Source: Candidatus Eiseniibacteriota bacterium (GTDB lineage: Bacteria > Eisenbacteria > RBG-16-71-46 > CAVPCR01). From it: a stretch of 64,000 bases of DNA. The translations under genes and the position numbers were made by a program. A model generated the notes under the pieces. The model ran no database searches. It was not told the origin of the DNA and saw only the letters and a list, made by a program, of their open reading frames with translations. The DNA lies in NCBI GenBank assembly GCA_963702435.1, contig CAVPCR010000005.1:320001-384000 (forward strand), in the 5' to 3' direction. Positions 37,344 to 51,866 of the stretch are shown here, one piece after another (the first letter of the stretch is position 1; the number at the start of each line of letters is the position of its first letter).

Positions 37344-38845
37344 CTAGCGCACGAGGTTCAGCTTGACCCGCTCGACGGCGCTGCCGCCGGCGCTGAGCTC
37401 GGCCCAGTAGACGCCCGACGCCATGCCCCGGCCGGCATCGTCCCGCCCGTCCCAGGTCACGACGTGCCGCCCGGCGGCGTACGACTCGTCGGCGAGGACG
37501 CGCACGCTGTGCCCGGCGGCATCGATGATGCGCAAGCGCGCGACCCCGGGCCGGTCGAGGGTGAATGCGATCGCGGTCGAGGGGTTGAAGGGATTCGGGC
37601 GCGCGGGCTCGAGGCTGAAGCCGCGCGCGACCGAGCCCGGCTCCCGCATCGTCCACGGAGATCGGGCTTCCCGCGAGCCAGGTGAGCGCGTTGAGCATCA
37701 CTGCGTCGCGGTTGGCGGCGGTCGAGATGGCCTCGAACCCGAAACCCAGGTTGACGGCGCGGTACGCCGGTGCCGAGCGCCCGGGTGGCCGCCGTGGTGC
37801 CGCCGGTCTGATAGGTCCAGGCAGTGCCACCGCCGACGAGCGGACGGATGACGTCGGGATCGGTCTGGTTGTTCGCCCCGTCGCCGCCCTGGAGCACGAG
37901 GTTCAGGCCCTGGGAGATCGGGTCCCCGGCGACCCCGTTCACGGTGAGGCTCGTCGAGTTGTTGTTCACGTATCGCGACTTGAGCGTCGTCTCGTACCAG
38001 GTGACGTTCGCCGCCGAGTAGTTCGGGCTCGCCGGGTCGCAAAGGTCGTAGGCGATGTCCTGCCCGGAGAGGACGAGCCCGCGGTTCCCGGCGAGATGGG
38101 CGGTGAGCGCGGTGCGATCGTCCGCGTTGAGGGTCGGCGTCGCGTTCCCGGTGAACCAGACCACGAACGGGAAGTTCTGGATCTCGGCTGCGGTGAGCAG
38201 GGCGGACGACCGGTGCCAGGTGCCCTGGCTCAGGAAACCCGGCACGGACGGCTCGTAGTAACTCTCGAGCGACTGGGTCCCGTCGTCATCCACGATCAGC
38301 ACCTGGACGCCTTCGGTGACGCAACCGAGCGTCAGATCGCGGAACAGGGTCGGCGTCGTCACCGAGCGGACGCGGAACGTGGCATACCCGCTGCCCTCGC
38401 CGCTCAACGGCGTGAAGTAGGCGGAGATCGTGTCGGTCTGGCTCGGGCTCAGCCCGAAGCCGCTGTTCCCGGCGCACGACGGGAAGCCGCAGGGGGCGTT
38501 GCCCGCATAGAGCGAGTCGACGAACGGCGCCTGGCAGGTTCCATCCTCGCCGCCGACGCAAATCGAGCACGTCCAGTTGGCCGGCAGATCCTGGCTGAGG
38601 CGGAGGATGTCGTACTGGTCCGCCTCGGTCCCCGTATTGGTGACCTCGCAATGGATCTTCACGTAGTCGAGCCCGGTCTGACCGACCTTCACCGCCTTCG
38701 GGGTCGTGAAGGTGAAGTTGATCGTCGCCTGTGCGTCTCCGGCCAGGGCGGTGCCGAGGCAGGCCCCGAGGAGCGCGAGCGCGATCAGCGCCCGGCGGGT
38801 CCGGACGCTGTTGGACATCGTGTGCTTGAACGGGATGATACGCAT
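37344..38845 (-). CDS. Secreted Ig-like/Cys-containing protein with FlgD-Ig CTD (two frameshifts, ~37770 and ~37650)
   Basis: Signal peptide; WTCSICVGG...CQAP; VLIVDDDG and VVWFTG; continues as YRAVNLGFGFEAI, then PNPFNPST...WDGRD...SGVY in other frames. Confidence 0.75.
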
Positions 38846-38925
38846 CGGTCGTGATCCTCCGCGGACCTTTCAAGTCCGCATCCGCCTGCCGCGTCCAGCC
38901 GGGCAGGGCAACAACTCCAGGACCG

Positions 38926-40182
38926 CTAAGGCCAGTAGCTCACACCGGTCTGGACTACGCGCCGCCCGCCGCCGTTCTCCTGGGCGAAGGTGACGATCGC
39001 CAGATCATCCGGATCGATGTTTCCTCCCGGGAGCGGCCAGGCGTACTCGAACGTCACGTGATCTCCCTCCGCCAGCGCGCCGAGCGCCTCGCCGCCGACG
39101 GTACCCTGGGCCGGCGTCGGGAACAGATGACGAAGGACATTGTGATACTCCGACTGCCCGTTCGGTCCGGGCGGGTCGAGCACGACATGCTGCTCCACCA
39201 CATAGGTGAAGAGCAGGAGATTCGCCGGCAACGCGGCCGTCACCGCCCACACGTCCACGCGCGCGCGGTACTCGGTGGCGCCGAGCTCGGCGCGGACGCC
39301 GATCGCGAGCGGCGCGGGCACCGCGAGCTGCTGCTCGATGGCATTGCGGATCGGTCCTTCCCAGGGCGGCCCCGTGGGAACGGCGACCCCGTCCACGAGG
39401 ATGCGCGGCGCGCTTCCCACCTGGTTGAAGAAGATGCGCGCGTTGGCCGCGTTCTGGTTGAACTGGTAGTAGGGATCCCCCGCGCCGGGGAAGAAGGTGT
39501 GCGGATTCACGGACAGGGCGCGCCCGTTCTCGTAATCCACGAGCACCGCCTGCAAGGCGGCGTCGGCGGCCGGACAGGGGCCGCAGGCGTAGTTCGAGAA
39601 GTCCTCGCAGACGACGATCTTCGGCACCAGGAGATCGAAATCCGCAACCGCCACCTCGCCGGCCACGACCGTGACCTGCTGCGTGCCCGGATCGCTCCGG
39701 AAGCCGGCGAGGGAGAGCGTCACCGCATGCTCGCCGGGGGCGAGGCCGAGGACGGTGTCGGGCGCGGCGAGCCCGGTCGGCGCCCCGTCCACGAAGATGG
39801 CCGCGGGATACGGCGCGCTGACCCCGATCGCCCCCGTCACCGGGATCGACACGAGATCGAAGCGAACCGTGCGCACGGAGTCGGCGACCACCTCGACCGC
39901 CTGCGAATCGGGCGTGAAGAACCCGGCCAGGAAAACGCGGATGACGTGCGTCCCTTCGTCCACGTCGCGCAGGGTATCCGGCGTGACGAGCCCGGTGGCC
40001 GCGCCGTCGAGCGCGATCGTCGCGCCGGGCACCGTGGAGAGGACGGCGATCGATCCCTTGGGCACGGTGCCGCCGTTGTCGGGCCTGAAGGTCGGATCCT
40101 CCTGCCCGCAGGCGAGAAGGACCGCGGCGGCCAGCGTCACCGGCACGGCGAGCCGGACGAGCGACGGGCACTTCGATCGCAT
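38926..40182 (-). CDS. Lipoprotein with two PEGA-like domains and Omp28-like thioredoxin-fold domain
   Basis: Lipobox LLAC; two GAxIxxDG-type repeats; EDFSNYACGPCP, GSAPRILVDG and HNVLR motifs. Confidence 0.75.
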   Translation of the reverse strand: MRSKCPSLVRLAVPVTLAAAVLLACGQEDPTFRPDNGGTVPKGSIAVLSTVPGATIALDGAATGLVTPDTLRDVDEGTHVIRVFLAGFFTPDSQAVEVVADSVRTVRFDLVSIPVTGAIGVSAPYPAAIFVDGAPTGLAAPDTVLGLAPGEHAVTLSLAGFRSDPGTQQVTVVAGEVAVADFDLLVPKIVVCEDFSNYACGPCPAADAALQAVLVDYENGRALSVNPHTFFPGAGDPYYQFNQNAANARIFFNQVGSAPRILVDGVAVPTGPPWEGPIRNAIEQQLAVPAPLAIGVRAELGATEYRARVDVWAVTAALPANLLLFTYVVEQHVVLDPPGPNGQSEYHNVLRHLFPTPAQGTVGGEALGALAEGDHVTFEYAWPLPGGNIDPDDLAIVTFAQENGGGRRVVQTGVSYWP

Positions 40183-40460
40183 CCCTCTCCATTCCGGATG
40201 GCGCGCGCGCGTTCTCACGTCCATGGGCGGTCGACGAACCTCCTGGCGGGCGCCGGGTGTATGGTGCAAGCCGATGGCAAGACGTGAATTAGCTCAGGGC
40301 CGCGGGCGGTGCTCGCTGCCACGGTTATTCTAGCACATGGCTGTCGCCTGGCGCGCCGGTGCCGGTGCGAATGGCGGCGGCCGGGGGCTCGCTCCTCCCG
40401 CCGCCCGGGCTACCCGGCCTGGTGCTATCTTCCCGCCGTGAGAGTCCGAAGGAGCTTCCG

Positions 40461-41848
<1,388 letters not shown>

Positions 41849-41851
41849 AGC

Positions 41852-43150
41852 ATGGGTGAGCCCGGGGCGAACGCTGCCATGCAGGCCGGGACCCTCCATC
41901 GGAGATCCCCGGGACGGCCCGCCGTCGCGGCCGGGGGGCACTCGCGGTCGCTCCTGGTGCCGCACCGGCTGCCGCTTCTGCTGCCGCTCCGGCTCCCGCT
42001 CCTCCTGTCGCTCCTCCTCCTGCTCCTGGCGGCTCCGGAGTCCCTCGCGACCCGCGTCATAGGCGATGACGACGCCCAGGTCGGGGACTGGAAGCGCTGG
42101 AAGATCGACCGCGAGGACCACTTCGAGATCGGTTTCCGCGGCGAATTCCAGCGCGTGGACGGCATCGTGCTCGGGATCGAGGAGACGATCAAGGGCGAGG
42201 GCGAGGACGACGTGGCGCCCCGCCTCGACCTCGCCCAGATCTACGCCATGCACCGCGGGCGCTGGCTGTACGAGGCGGCGGTCCACGTGCCGCTGCCGCT
42301 CCCCGGGCCGCCGCGCGTCGGCGCCGGGCTCTTCCGGCTCACGCGCTCCTTCTCCGGGTTCGACGATCGCATCATCGGCGACCTCGAGAACACGCTCGGA
42401 GCGCTGCTCTTCAAGGTGGATTACCGCGACTACTACGAGGAGGAGGGATTCGAGCTCCACCTCGAGCAGCCCTTCTGGCGCTGCAACCGGGCCGAGATCG
42501 GCTACGTCCAGAGCCGCCACGAGGCGGTCTACAACTCGACGCGCACGAGCCTCACCCACTGGGACGACGACTTCCGCCCGAATCCCGCCGCCGCCGAGGG
42601 GGACTCGCGCACGCTCGAGCTGGCGGCGAGCCGCGACACGCGCCGCGGGCAAAAGGGGCACCCCGGCACGGCCCACTGGTACCGCGTGTCCTGGCAGCGC
42701 GCGGGCGGGGCGCTCGGTGGCGACTTCGACTACTCGCAGCTCATCGCCGACCTGCGCCAGTACGTGAAGGTGAGCCCCGGGCAGTCGCTCTCCGGACGCA
42801 TCCTCTTCGGGGACAATTTCGCCGGACACCTGCCGCCGCAGAAGCTCTTCTCGCTCGGCGGCATCGGCACCCTGCGCGGCCACGACTTCAAGTCGTCGAC
42901 CGGCGATCAATGCCTGCTCGGGAACATCGAGTATCGCTTCGACGTGATGCGCAACTTCTACACGCTCACCTTCGTGGACGTGGGCGCGACCGCCAGCGGC
43001 GGCGAGGATGTCACCGGAGAGGAGTTCGATCTCGACGGCGGGTTCGGTCTCGGCACGCGGAACGGGCGCGCCGAGATCACGGTGGCGAGGAATCTGCGCG
43101 CCGCGGACGCGCCGTTCCTCGTCGGCTTCCGGCTGAGCATGATGTACTAG
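41852..43150 (+). CDS. Outer-membrane beta-barrel protein (Omp85/BamA-TamA surface-antigen-like)
   Basis: FQRVDG, DYRDYY, SLGGIGTLRGH and NIEYRF motifs; C-terminal aromatic. Start may be 41879. Confidence 0.7.
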   Translation: MGEPGANAAMQAGTLHRRSPGRPAVAAGGHSRSLLVPHRLPLLLPLRLPLLLSLLLLLLAAPESLATRVIGDDDAQVGDWKRWKIDREDHFEIGFRGEFQRVDGIVLGIEETIKGEGEDDVAPRLDLAQIYAMHRGRWLYEAAVHVPLPLPGPPRVGAGLFRLTRSFSGFDDRIIGDLENTLGALLFKVDYRDYYEEEGFELHLEQPFWRCNRAEIGYVQSRHEAVYNSTRTSLTHWDDDFRPNPAAAEGDSRTLELAASRDTRRGQKGHPGTAHWYRVSWQRAGGALGGDFDYSQLIADLRQYVKVSPGQSLSGRILFGDNFAGHLPPQKLFSLGGIGTLRGHDFKSSTGDQCLLGNIEYRFDVMRNFYTLTFVDVGATASGGEDVTGEEFDLDGGFGLGTRNGRAEITVARNLRAADAPFLVGFRLSMMY

Positions 43151-43159
43151 CGGGGCTGC

Positions 43160-43897
43160 ATGCGAGCGACGCGCACAACAAACAGGAGCACGGCGATCGC
43201 CATGCTGATCGCGCTGGCGGCGTTCACGCTGTCGGCATCCGCTGCGCGCGGTCAGACCCCGGCCGGCGAACCGGGCGCCGACGCGCACGCCGACTCGAGC
43301 GCCACGCGCGCGATCGACGTCGATGTGAAGCGCATCGCGGTGGGCGGCGCCGATCTGGTCATCGATCTCGAGATCGCGAACCTGATCGACCCAGCCACCG
43401 AGAAGACGCTCGCCCGCGGCGTGCCGGTGACGCTCATCCTGGACATCGAGATCTGGCGAGAGCGCTCCGCCTGGTTCGATCGCCTGGAGGCATCGCGTCA
43501 TCTGGCCTACAAGCTCCAGCTCGACGCCTGGGACGAGGTGTACGTCGTGCGCGATGCCGAGGGCCGCCAGGAGATCTTCCTCGATCTCGACGAGGCGCGC
43601 GGCGCGCTCGAGGATCGTCCGGCGCTCCCCATCGCGCCTCTCACCACGATCGAGCCGGAGTCGAGCTACTACATCGTCGTCGCCGCGGCGCTCAAACCGC
43701 TCACCGTCGAGGACGTGGAGGAGCTCGAGGGCTGGCTCTCGGGCGAAGTCAAGTCGGGACGGGCGCGTGACGTCGGGCTCCTCGGCCTGCCCAAGGCGCT
43801 GTTCGGAGTCGTCATGGACATGACCGGTCTCGGCGATCGCAACGACGTCAAGCGCACGCCGAGCTTCCGGCGCGGTGACGTGGTGGACGCCGAGTAG
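43160..43897 (+). CDS. DUF4390-like periplasmic protein
   Basis: Signal peptide; LARGVPVTL...WRERSAWFDR...YKLQLDAWDEVYVV. Confidence 0.7.
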   Translation: MRATRTTNRSTAIAMLIALAAFTLSASAARGQTPAGEPGADAHADSSATRAIDVDVKRIAVGGADLVIDLEIANLIDPATEKTLARGVPVTLILDIEIWRERSAWFDRLEASRHLAYKLQLDAWDEVYVVRDAEGRQEIFLDLDEARGALEDRPALPIAPLTTIEPESSYYIVVAAALKPLTVEDVEELEGWLSGEVKSGRARDVGLLGLPKALFGVVMDMTGLGDRNDVKRTPSFRRGDVVDAE

Positions 43898-43901
43898 CCG
43901 G

Positions 43902-44771
43902 CTACGGGCAGGCGGCGACCGAGTCGTCGAGCGCCAGGTTCATGAACGGGAGGTAGCGCACCGCCCCCGTGAAACCCCGCGCGAAGGCGCAATCGAGGCC
44001 GCCCCAGTAGTTGTAGCGGGCGCGCACCGGGATGGTCGACAGATTGCGCACCGTACCCTGCCGGTTCTTGTAGATCCGGTTCCCGGCGCCGGGGCGATCG
44101 CCCAGGACGAGCCGTCCGCTGCCGCGGACCGTGGCGCCGAGCTGGTTCCCGATGAGATCGCTCGCCGCGACCTCGATCGTGGCGTCGTCCGCGTCGAGCC
44201 CCACCTCGCTGCCGCGGATCTCGGAGTCGTGGATCCGCAGCTCGGCGCCCTCCCGCGCCAGGATCGCCACCTCGTTGTCCTTGAACAGATCGTTCGCGAG
44301 CTCGACCCGCGCCGTCCCGCGCACGCGGAGGCCGAACTCCCGGCAATCCTCGATGTGGCAGTCGGCCACCCGCAGATCGGCGCCGTCGACGGCGATCCCG
44401 GTCCGCGCATCGCGCACGCTCAGCGCGACGAGCGCCGCGGGGGCGGGAGCGGCACCGCGACGTCCGCCGCTCACGCGCACGACCTCGCTCCCCGGATGGG
44501 TCAGCACGGTGCGGCCCGCTCCGGCGCCGCGCACGCATACGCCGGGCGGGAGATCGATCGTCCCCTTGAACGACCCGGCAGCGAGGAGCACGGTGTCGCC
44601 CGCCGCGGCGCCGGCCACGACGCCGGCCGCCGCAGCGCCGGTGTCGACGCGGAGGATGCGCGCCCCCGCGGACCCGGTGCTCGCGGCGAGGAGCCCGAGG
44701 ACGATGCCGCATGCCAGCGCCGCAGCACCCGGGATGGACGCTGCGGCGGATGATCCAATGTTCCTGCGCAT
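43902..44771 (-). CDS. Secreted right-handed beta-helix (pectin-lyase-like) protein
   Basis: AAAGDTVLLAAGSF, parallel beta-helix repeats, ARYNYWG. Confidence 0.7.
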   Translation of the reverse strand: MRRNIGSSAAASIPGAAALACGIVLGLLAASTGSAGARILRVDTGAAAAGVVAGAAAGDTVLLAAGSFKGTIDLPPGVCVRGAGAGRTVLTHPGSEVVRVSGGRRGAAPAPAALVALSVRDARTGIAVDGADLRVADCHIEDCREFGLRVRGTARVELANDLFKDNEVAILAREGAELRIHDSEIRGSEVGLDADDATIEVAASDLIGNQLGATVRGSGRLVLGDRPGAGNRIYKNRQGTVRNLSTIPVRARYNYWGGLDCAFARGFTGAVRYLPFMNLALDDSVAACP

Positions 44772-44778
44772 GGGCGGG

Positions 44779-46200
44779 CTAGGTGCGCTCCGCGGCTCCA
44801 GCTCCAGCTCCGGCCTCGCCGCCGGGCGGAGGGGTCTCCCACACGAGCTTGCCACGGTAGCTTCCGGGTCCTTCCCCGCTGCCCGGCCCGGGGTCAGGCG
44901 GCGGCGGCGGCGCCGGCGGCTCGGGGACCGGCGGCGGCGCGATCGGCGCGGCGCCCCGCCGGGCCTTGACACCGGCCAGGAGCGCTATCGCGAGCGCGCC
45001 GGTGCCGAGAATGGTGGCGAACGAGAGCAGGGTCCAGCCCACGAACTTGAAGGCCCAGGACACCGGGCCGAGGATGTCGGCGATGCCGAGCAGCTGGCCA
45101 AGCAGGATGAGAAGGCCGATGGCGAGCAGCCCGGTCACGAGATGCCCGAGCGCGCTCACCTGGTCGAAGCGCATGCCGGCGGCGAGCCGGCGCCCGAAGG
45201 CGAGCGCCCCCACCAGGTAGCCGACGAGCAGCAGAAGGGGCACGCCGAGCACGAGCAGGATCGCCACCGGGATGCCGATCACGGTGATCGCCGAGAGGAA
45301 GACCGCAGGAAGCCAGAGCACGAGCACCAGCACGCCGACGAGCAGAGATCGCCAGAAGTCGTGCTGGACCATCTCGGCAAAGGCCGCCAGCCGGTGCCCG
45401 AAGAGGAGCATGGCCAGCCAGCCTATGAAGAGGACGGCGAGGAGCTTGAGCACGTTCTTCGCGATGCGGGCGAAGACCCCGGGCCCGTCCTCGCGCACGT
45501 GGCCGAAGCCGGGGATCATGATCGGACCCACGTTGGCGACCTCGACCTGATCGCCGTCCACGACCCCGCCCTCCTCGATGTCGAGCTCGCCACCGATGCT
45601 CACGGCATCGCCCGTGACGCGCCCCCCCTCACCGACGCGCAGATCCCCGCCGATCGCCACGGCATCCCCGGTCACCTCACCGCGCACGGTCAGGTCGCCG
45701 CCGATCACGACCACCTCTTCGGCGGTCTCGCCGCTCTCGATCACGACGTTCTGACCCATGCGTACGATCTGCCCGTCCTCGTCGCCGCCATCACCGTCCT
45801 CGACGCGGCGACGGATGATGCGCTCGCGCTTCATCGCGGCCTCTGCCTTGGCCTCGGCCTCGCGGATCGCTTCCTCGGCCAGGACCTCGGCGCGCTCGGC
45901 CTCCTTCTGGGCGCGGAGCGCATCGCGCTCGGCATCGCTCATCTCCGGGCCCTTCGGCGGGACCGGAGGCGTCGGCACCTCGGGCGCGGTTCCGGCCCGG
46001 GGGCGCGGCGCCGGCTTGGGCGGCGGCGCGTCGGGATCGGGCCCGATCTCGATGCCCGGATCCCCCTGCGCCTGCGCCGTCGCCGGCGAGTAGGCCATCG
46101 CCTGCCCCGCCAGCCGGAGTCCAAACCCGAGCGCGATGAGCGAAACTGCGACCGAGACGGCCACGATCACCGGGCGAACAGGTGCGGGCACGTGTTTCAT
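44779..46200 (-). CDS. Membrane protein with bactofilin-like beta-helix repeats and multi-TM C-terminus
   Basis: VVIGGDLTVRGEVTGDAVAIGGDL repeats followed by ~5 TM helices and a Pro-rich tail. Confidence 0.75.
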   Translation of the reverse strand: MKHVPAPVRPVIVAVSVAVSLIALGFGLRLAGQAMAYSPATAQAQGDPGIEIGPDPDAPPPKPAPRPRAGTAPEVPTPPVPPKGPEMSDAERDALRAQKEAERAEVLAEEAIREAEAKAEAAMKRERIIRRRVEDGDGGDEDGQIVRMGQNVVIESGETAEEVVVIGGDLTVRGEVTGDAVAIGGDLRVGEGGRVTGDAVSIGGELDIEEGGVVDGDQVEVANVGPIMIPGFGHVREDGPGVFARIAKNVLKLLAVLFIGWLAMLLFGHRLAAFAEMVQHDFWRSLLVGVLVLVLWLPAVFLSAITVIGIPVAILLVLGVPLLLLVGYLVGALAFGRRLAAGMRFDQVSALGHLVTGLLAIGLLILLGQLLGIADILGPVSWAFKFVGWTLLSFATILGTGALAIALLAGVKARRGAAPIAPPPVPEPPAPPPPPDPGPGSGEGPGSYRGKLVWETPPPGGEAGAGAGAAERT

Positions 46201-46249
46201 GATGACCCTCGTTGGCTGGCCGGCTGGATCATTCTGCAGCCGGCTCGAG

Positions 46250-47032
46250 CTACCCGCGGACGGACTCGCGCGCCCCGCTGTGACCGCGGCGCACGAGATA
46301 ACCGGCAAACCCCAGCAGCGCGACGGCCACGACGGCGACCAGCATGACATCCGGCCCCCGCGCGTTCGCGAACTGCCACACACCCTCGGAGACCGGTCCC
46401 AGATCGTGCGCGAACCCCCGCGCGACCCTGAGCACCGCCTCCGCCTCGAGCACGCGCACCCCCACGGCTTCCGCGAGATGGCTGCCGCCCTCGCCGAGGG
46501 CGCCGAGCGCCAGTGCGAAGCTCGACCCGATCGCCCGCACCATCCACTCGCCGAAGAAGAGCGTGGCGAAGATCGATGCCGCAGTGAGGGCGAGCGAGGC
46601 CATGAGGAACGAGGGCGCCGGCGGGGAAGCGGGCCGCACGGCCTGGCGGCTCCGTGCGGCGATCGCGTGAGCGGCAGCGGCGCGCACATCGGAAGCCGGC
46701 ACGCGGACGCGCGTGCGACTCGCGGCAGCGGCGGCGAGCACGGCCCGCGCGCGCGCCTCGCGCGTCGGCGCGGGTACGGAATGCGCGCCGGCCGGAGAGG
46801 CCAGGACGCCCGCCCGGGCGAGAACAGCCCGGTCGAAGACCCGAGCCTCCTCGGTTCTCAGGTCGGGGTTCCGCAGGCGGCGGATGGCCACGACGAGCCC
46901 CCGGCCGGCTTCCACCTCGGCCCGGCAGACCGGGCAGCCGGACTGGTGCGCCCGGTAGGCCTCGGCCTCGGGCCCGGGCAGCTGGCCTTCCAGGTAGGGG
47001 AAGGCCTTTTCTTTCCAGAGGTTACAGCTCAT
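46250..47032 (-). CDS. Zinc-finger (zf-HC2/ZAS) anti-sigma factor
   Basis: MSC...YLEGQL...HQSGCPVC; TM helices; directly follows the ECF sigma gene. Confidence 0.85.
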   Translation of the reverse strand: MSCNLWKEKAFPYLEGQLPGPEAEAYRAHQSGCPVCRAEVEAGRGLVVAIRRLRNPDLRTEEARVFDRAVLARAGVLASPAGAHSVPAPTREARARAVLAAAAASRTRVRVPASDVRAAAAHAIAARSRQAVRPASPPAPSFLMASLALTAASIFATLFFGEWMVRAIGSSFALALGALGEGGSHLAEAVGVRVLEAEAVLRVARGFAHDLGPVSEGVWQFANARGPDVMLVAVVAVALLGFAGYLVRRGHSGARESVRG

Positions 47033-47097
47033 GTTCGGTGCTCGGAAGGACATCGCCTGGGTGCTCTCCGCCTGTCAACGCCATTTCCACTAGCCGA

Positions 47098-47124
47098 TAC
47101 GCCGGCGCCCCGGAGCAAGTTGCA
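47098..47124 (-). promoter_or_regulatory. ECF-type promoter between sigma and anti-sigma genes
   Basis: TGCAAC-17 nt-CGTA on the minus strand. Confidence 0.55.
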
Positions 47125-47167
47125 GCCGCCGCGCCACCTGGGGCGGCCGCTCGCCGGGCGGGCCGTC

Positions 47168-47767
47168 TCAACCCCGGTCCTCGCGGCCGGGGGCGAGCCG
47201 CCGCTTGAGGAGGTGGTGAGCCCGATGGAGCCGGGCCTTCACGGTGCCGAGAGGGATCCCGAGCACCGTGGCGATCTCCTCGTAGGCGAGATCCTCCTTG
47301 TAGCGCAGGATCACGACCACCCGGTAGCGGGGCGGCAAGGACGCGAGCAACGAGTCGAGCCGCAGCTCCGCTTCGCTCTGCCCGAGGAGATCGTCGGCGA
47401 TGGGCGCGGTGTCGGCGACCTCCCGCGCCCGGTCGCCGCGCTCCGCCTCGATCGGCGCATCGAGCGACACGAGTGCGAGGCGCCGCCGCCGGAAGTGATC
47501 GATGCACAGGTTGGCCGTGATCTTCGCGATCCAGGCCCCGAACGACTTGGTGACATCGAACGTGGAGAGCGCCTGGAAAGCGCGCACGAACGCCTCCTGC
47601 GCGATATCGGCGGCGTCGTCGGTGTTCTGCACCATGCGCAGCGCGAGCCCCAGCACGCGCGATCGATAGCGCGCGAGGAGCTCGCCGTAGGCGCGCTCGT
47701 CCCCGGCGAGCGCGCGCGCGATGTACCTGGCATCATCCTCCGCGGGAAGCGACGGCGTGGCGCTCAT
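47168..47767 (-). CDS. ECF RNA polymerase sigma factor (SigW/RpoE-like)
   Basis: DAADIAQEAF, FGAWIAKITANLCID and YEEIA...GTVKARLHRA motifs. Confidence 0.95.
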   Translation of the reverse strand: MSATPSLPAEDDARYIARALAGDERAYGELLARYRSRVLGLALRMVQNTDDAADIAQEAFVRAFQALSTFDVTKSFGAWIAKITANLCIDHFRRRRLALVSLDAPIEAERGDRAREVADTAPIADDLLGQSEAELRLDSLLASLPPRYRVVVILRYKEDLAYEEIATVLGIPLGTVKARLHRAHHLLKRRLAPGREDRG

Positions 47768-48337
47768 CGAGCGCAGACCGGGAAGAGGAGATGCGCGGGG
47801 GGCATGCGATGCACGAGAGGAGGAAACCCGATGCTCGCGGAGGCGTCAAGCACCGCCCGCCGGCGGCGAACGGGCGGCCGCCTCGCGGCGGGCGCCGGGA
47901 CTGCCGATCATCCGTCCGCTGCCGCCGCCGCTCCCGCCTGCGCCCCGGGCTCGCCGCTCCGGCCCGGGCGATCCACGGCACCGGCAGCGGCCGGCGAGGC
48001 ACGCGGCCCCCGGCGGCGCCCGGGCACATAGCCCCCAGCGCCGGTGAAGCCCCGGCCGGGAGCGGACCGCTCGCCGGTGGTCGATTCCTGGCCGGGGGGC
48101 CGGCCGGCGGCCGCCCCCCGCGTCGCGGGCCGCCGGCCGGCCCGAGCGGCGGCGCGGCCCCGCCCATCCTCAATTCCTTGCTCCCATCCGCCGACTGCGA
48201 CGTTTGACTCCCGGCCGCAGAAATTTCAGGTTGCGCCTTCGGCGCGGGGAGCTACCATTGGCTCCGCAGCGGCCCGCTGGCCGTGCCCGAAGCTTCCCCA
48301 CCCATCACGCTTCCCGCTGAAGAATCGAGTTGAGGAT

Positions 48338-48673
48338 ATGAAGCGACGCTCAATGCAGTCCGTGGCGACCGAATTGCAGAAGGCCGGCCGCGACGCTCTT
48401 GAAAGCAACCAGCGCCTGATCCGTCTCGTCGACGAGCTGTCGAGCGAGGTGTCCTTCCGCACCTCCCTCGCCGGGCTGCTCGAGCAGTATCGGCAGGATA
48501 TCGAGGCGGGCAAGCCGCGCTTCGGGTTGCGCAAGGTCCTCGACCACGTGGAGTCGTTCTTCATCCAGGCAGCGATGCAGCAGGCCAAGGGCAACATCGC
48601 CGTTGCCGCCGAGATGCTGAAGGTCCCTGAGGCCACCCTGCGCTACAAGCTGTCGAAGCACGCGCTCCGCTAG
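48338..48673 (+). CDS. Small Fis-type helix-turn-helix protein
   Basis: VESFFIQAAMQQAKGNIAVAAEMLKVPEATLRYKL; GAGG RBS. Confidence 0.8.
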   Translation: MKRRSMQSVATELQKAGRDALESNQRLIRLVDELSSEVSFRTSLAGLLEQYRQDIEAGKPRFGLRKVLDHVESFFIQAAMQQAKGNIAVAAEMLKVPEATLRYKLSKHALR

Positions 48674-49146
48674 AGCGGGCGCACCCGCGGGAGCCGGGTT
48701 CTCCCCGCTCCAGACCTGCTTCAGAATCGAATCCGGAACGGCCGGGGCGTCTGGACGCCCCGGCCGCTCCGCCTTTCTTCCGGATCGATCGACCGCTGCG
48801 TCCCTCCAAGCCGCCCGCCTCAAATCAAGAACGTTTCCCTAAGGGACATTCCCTCCCCGGCCGAAACATCCCGTGGGTCGGATGACCGTGAGCGGTGGTC
48901 CGACCCGCCGCCCCAGTCGAGCGGCTCGGGGGACCGACATCCTGCCCTCCCACCCTTGATCCCCCTGCCCCGCCGGCCTTGGCGGCTGCTGCACGAACCG
49001 GAGCCCACGGCGAGGTCGAGCGCGGCCGCATGACCGGGGCGAGCCGGGAACGATAACTGGAAGAGGCTTCTCAAGGTCAGGGATCGGGGCCAGGGACGAC
49101 GCCGCTCGCGATGAGGAGCGGCCACGAAGGCCCCTGGAGGGCAGCC

Positions 49147-51805
<2,659 letters not shown>

Positions 51806-51866
51806 TCGCGAAGATCCGCTGATCCACCGTTCCGCCGTCGTGCCCCAGGATACAAGGAGACCCCTC

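Noticed and set aside
36620..40182. Selenocysteine (UGA) recoding in the redox proteins
   Set aside because: All CxxC motifs are encoded with Cys codons; no in-frame TGA at these sites.
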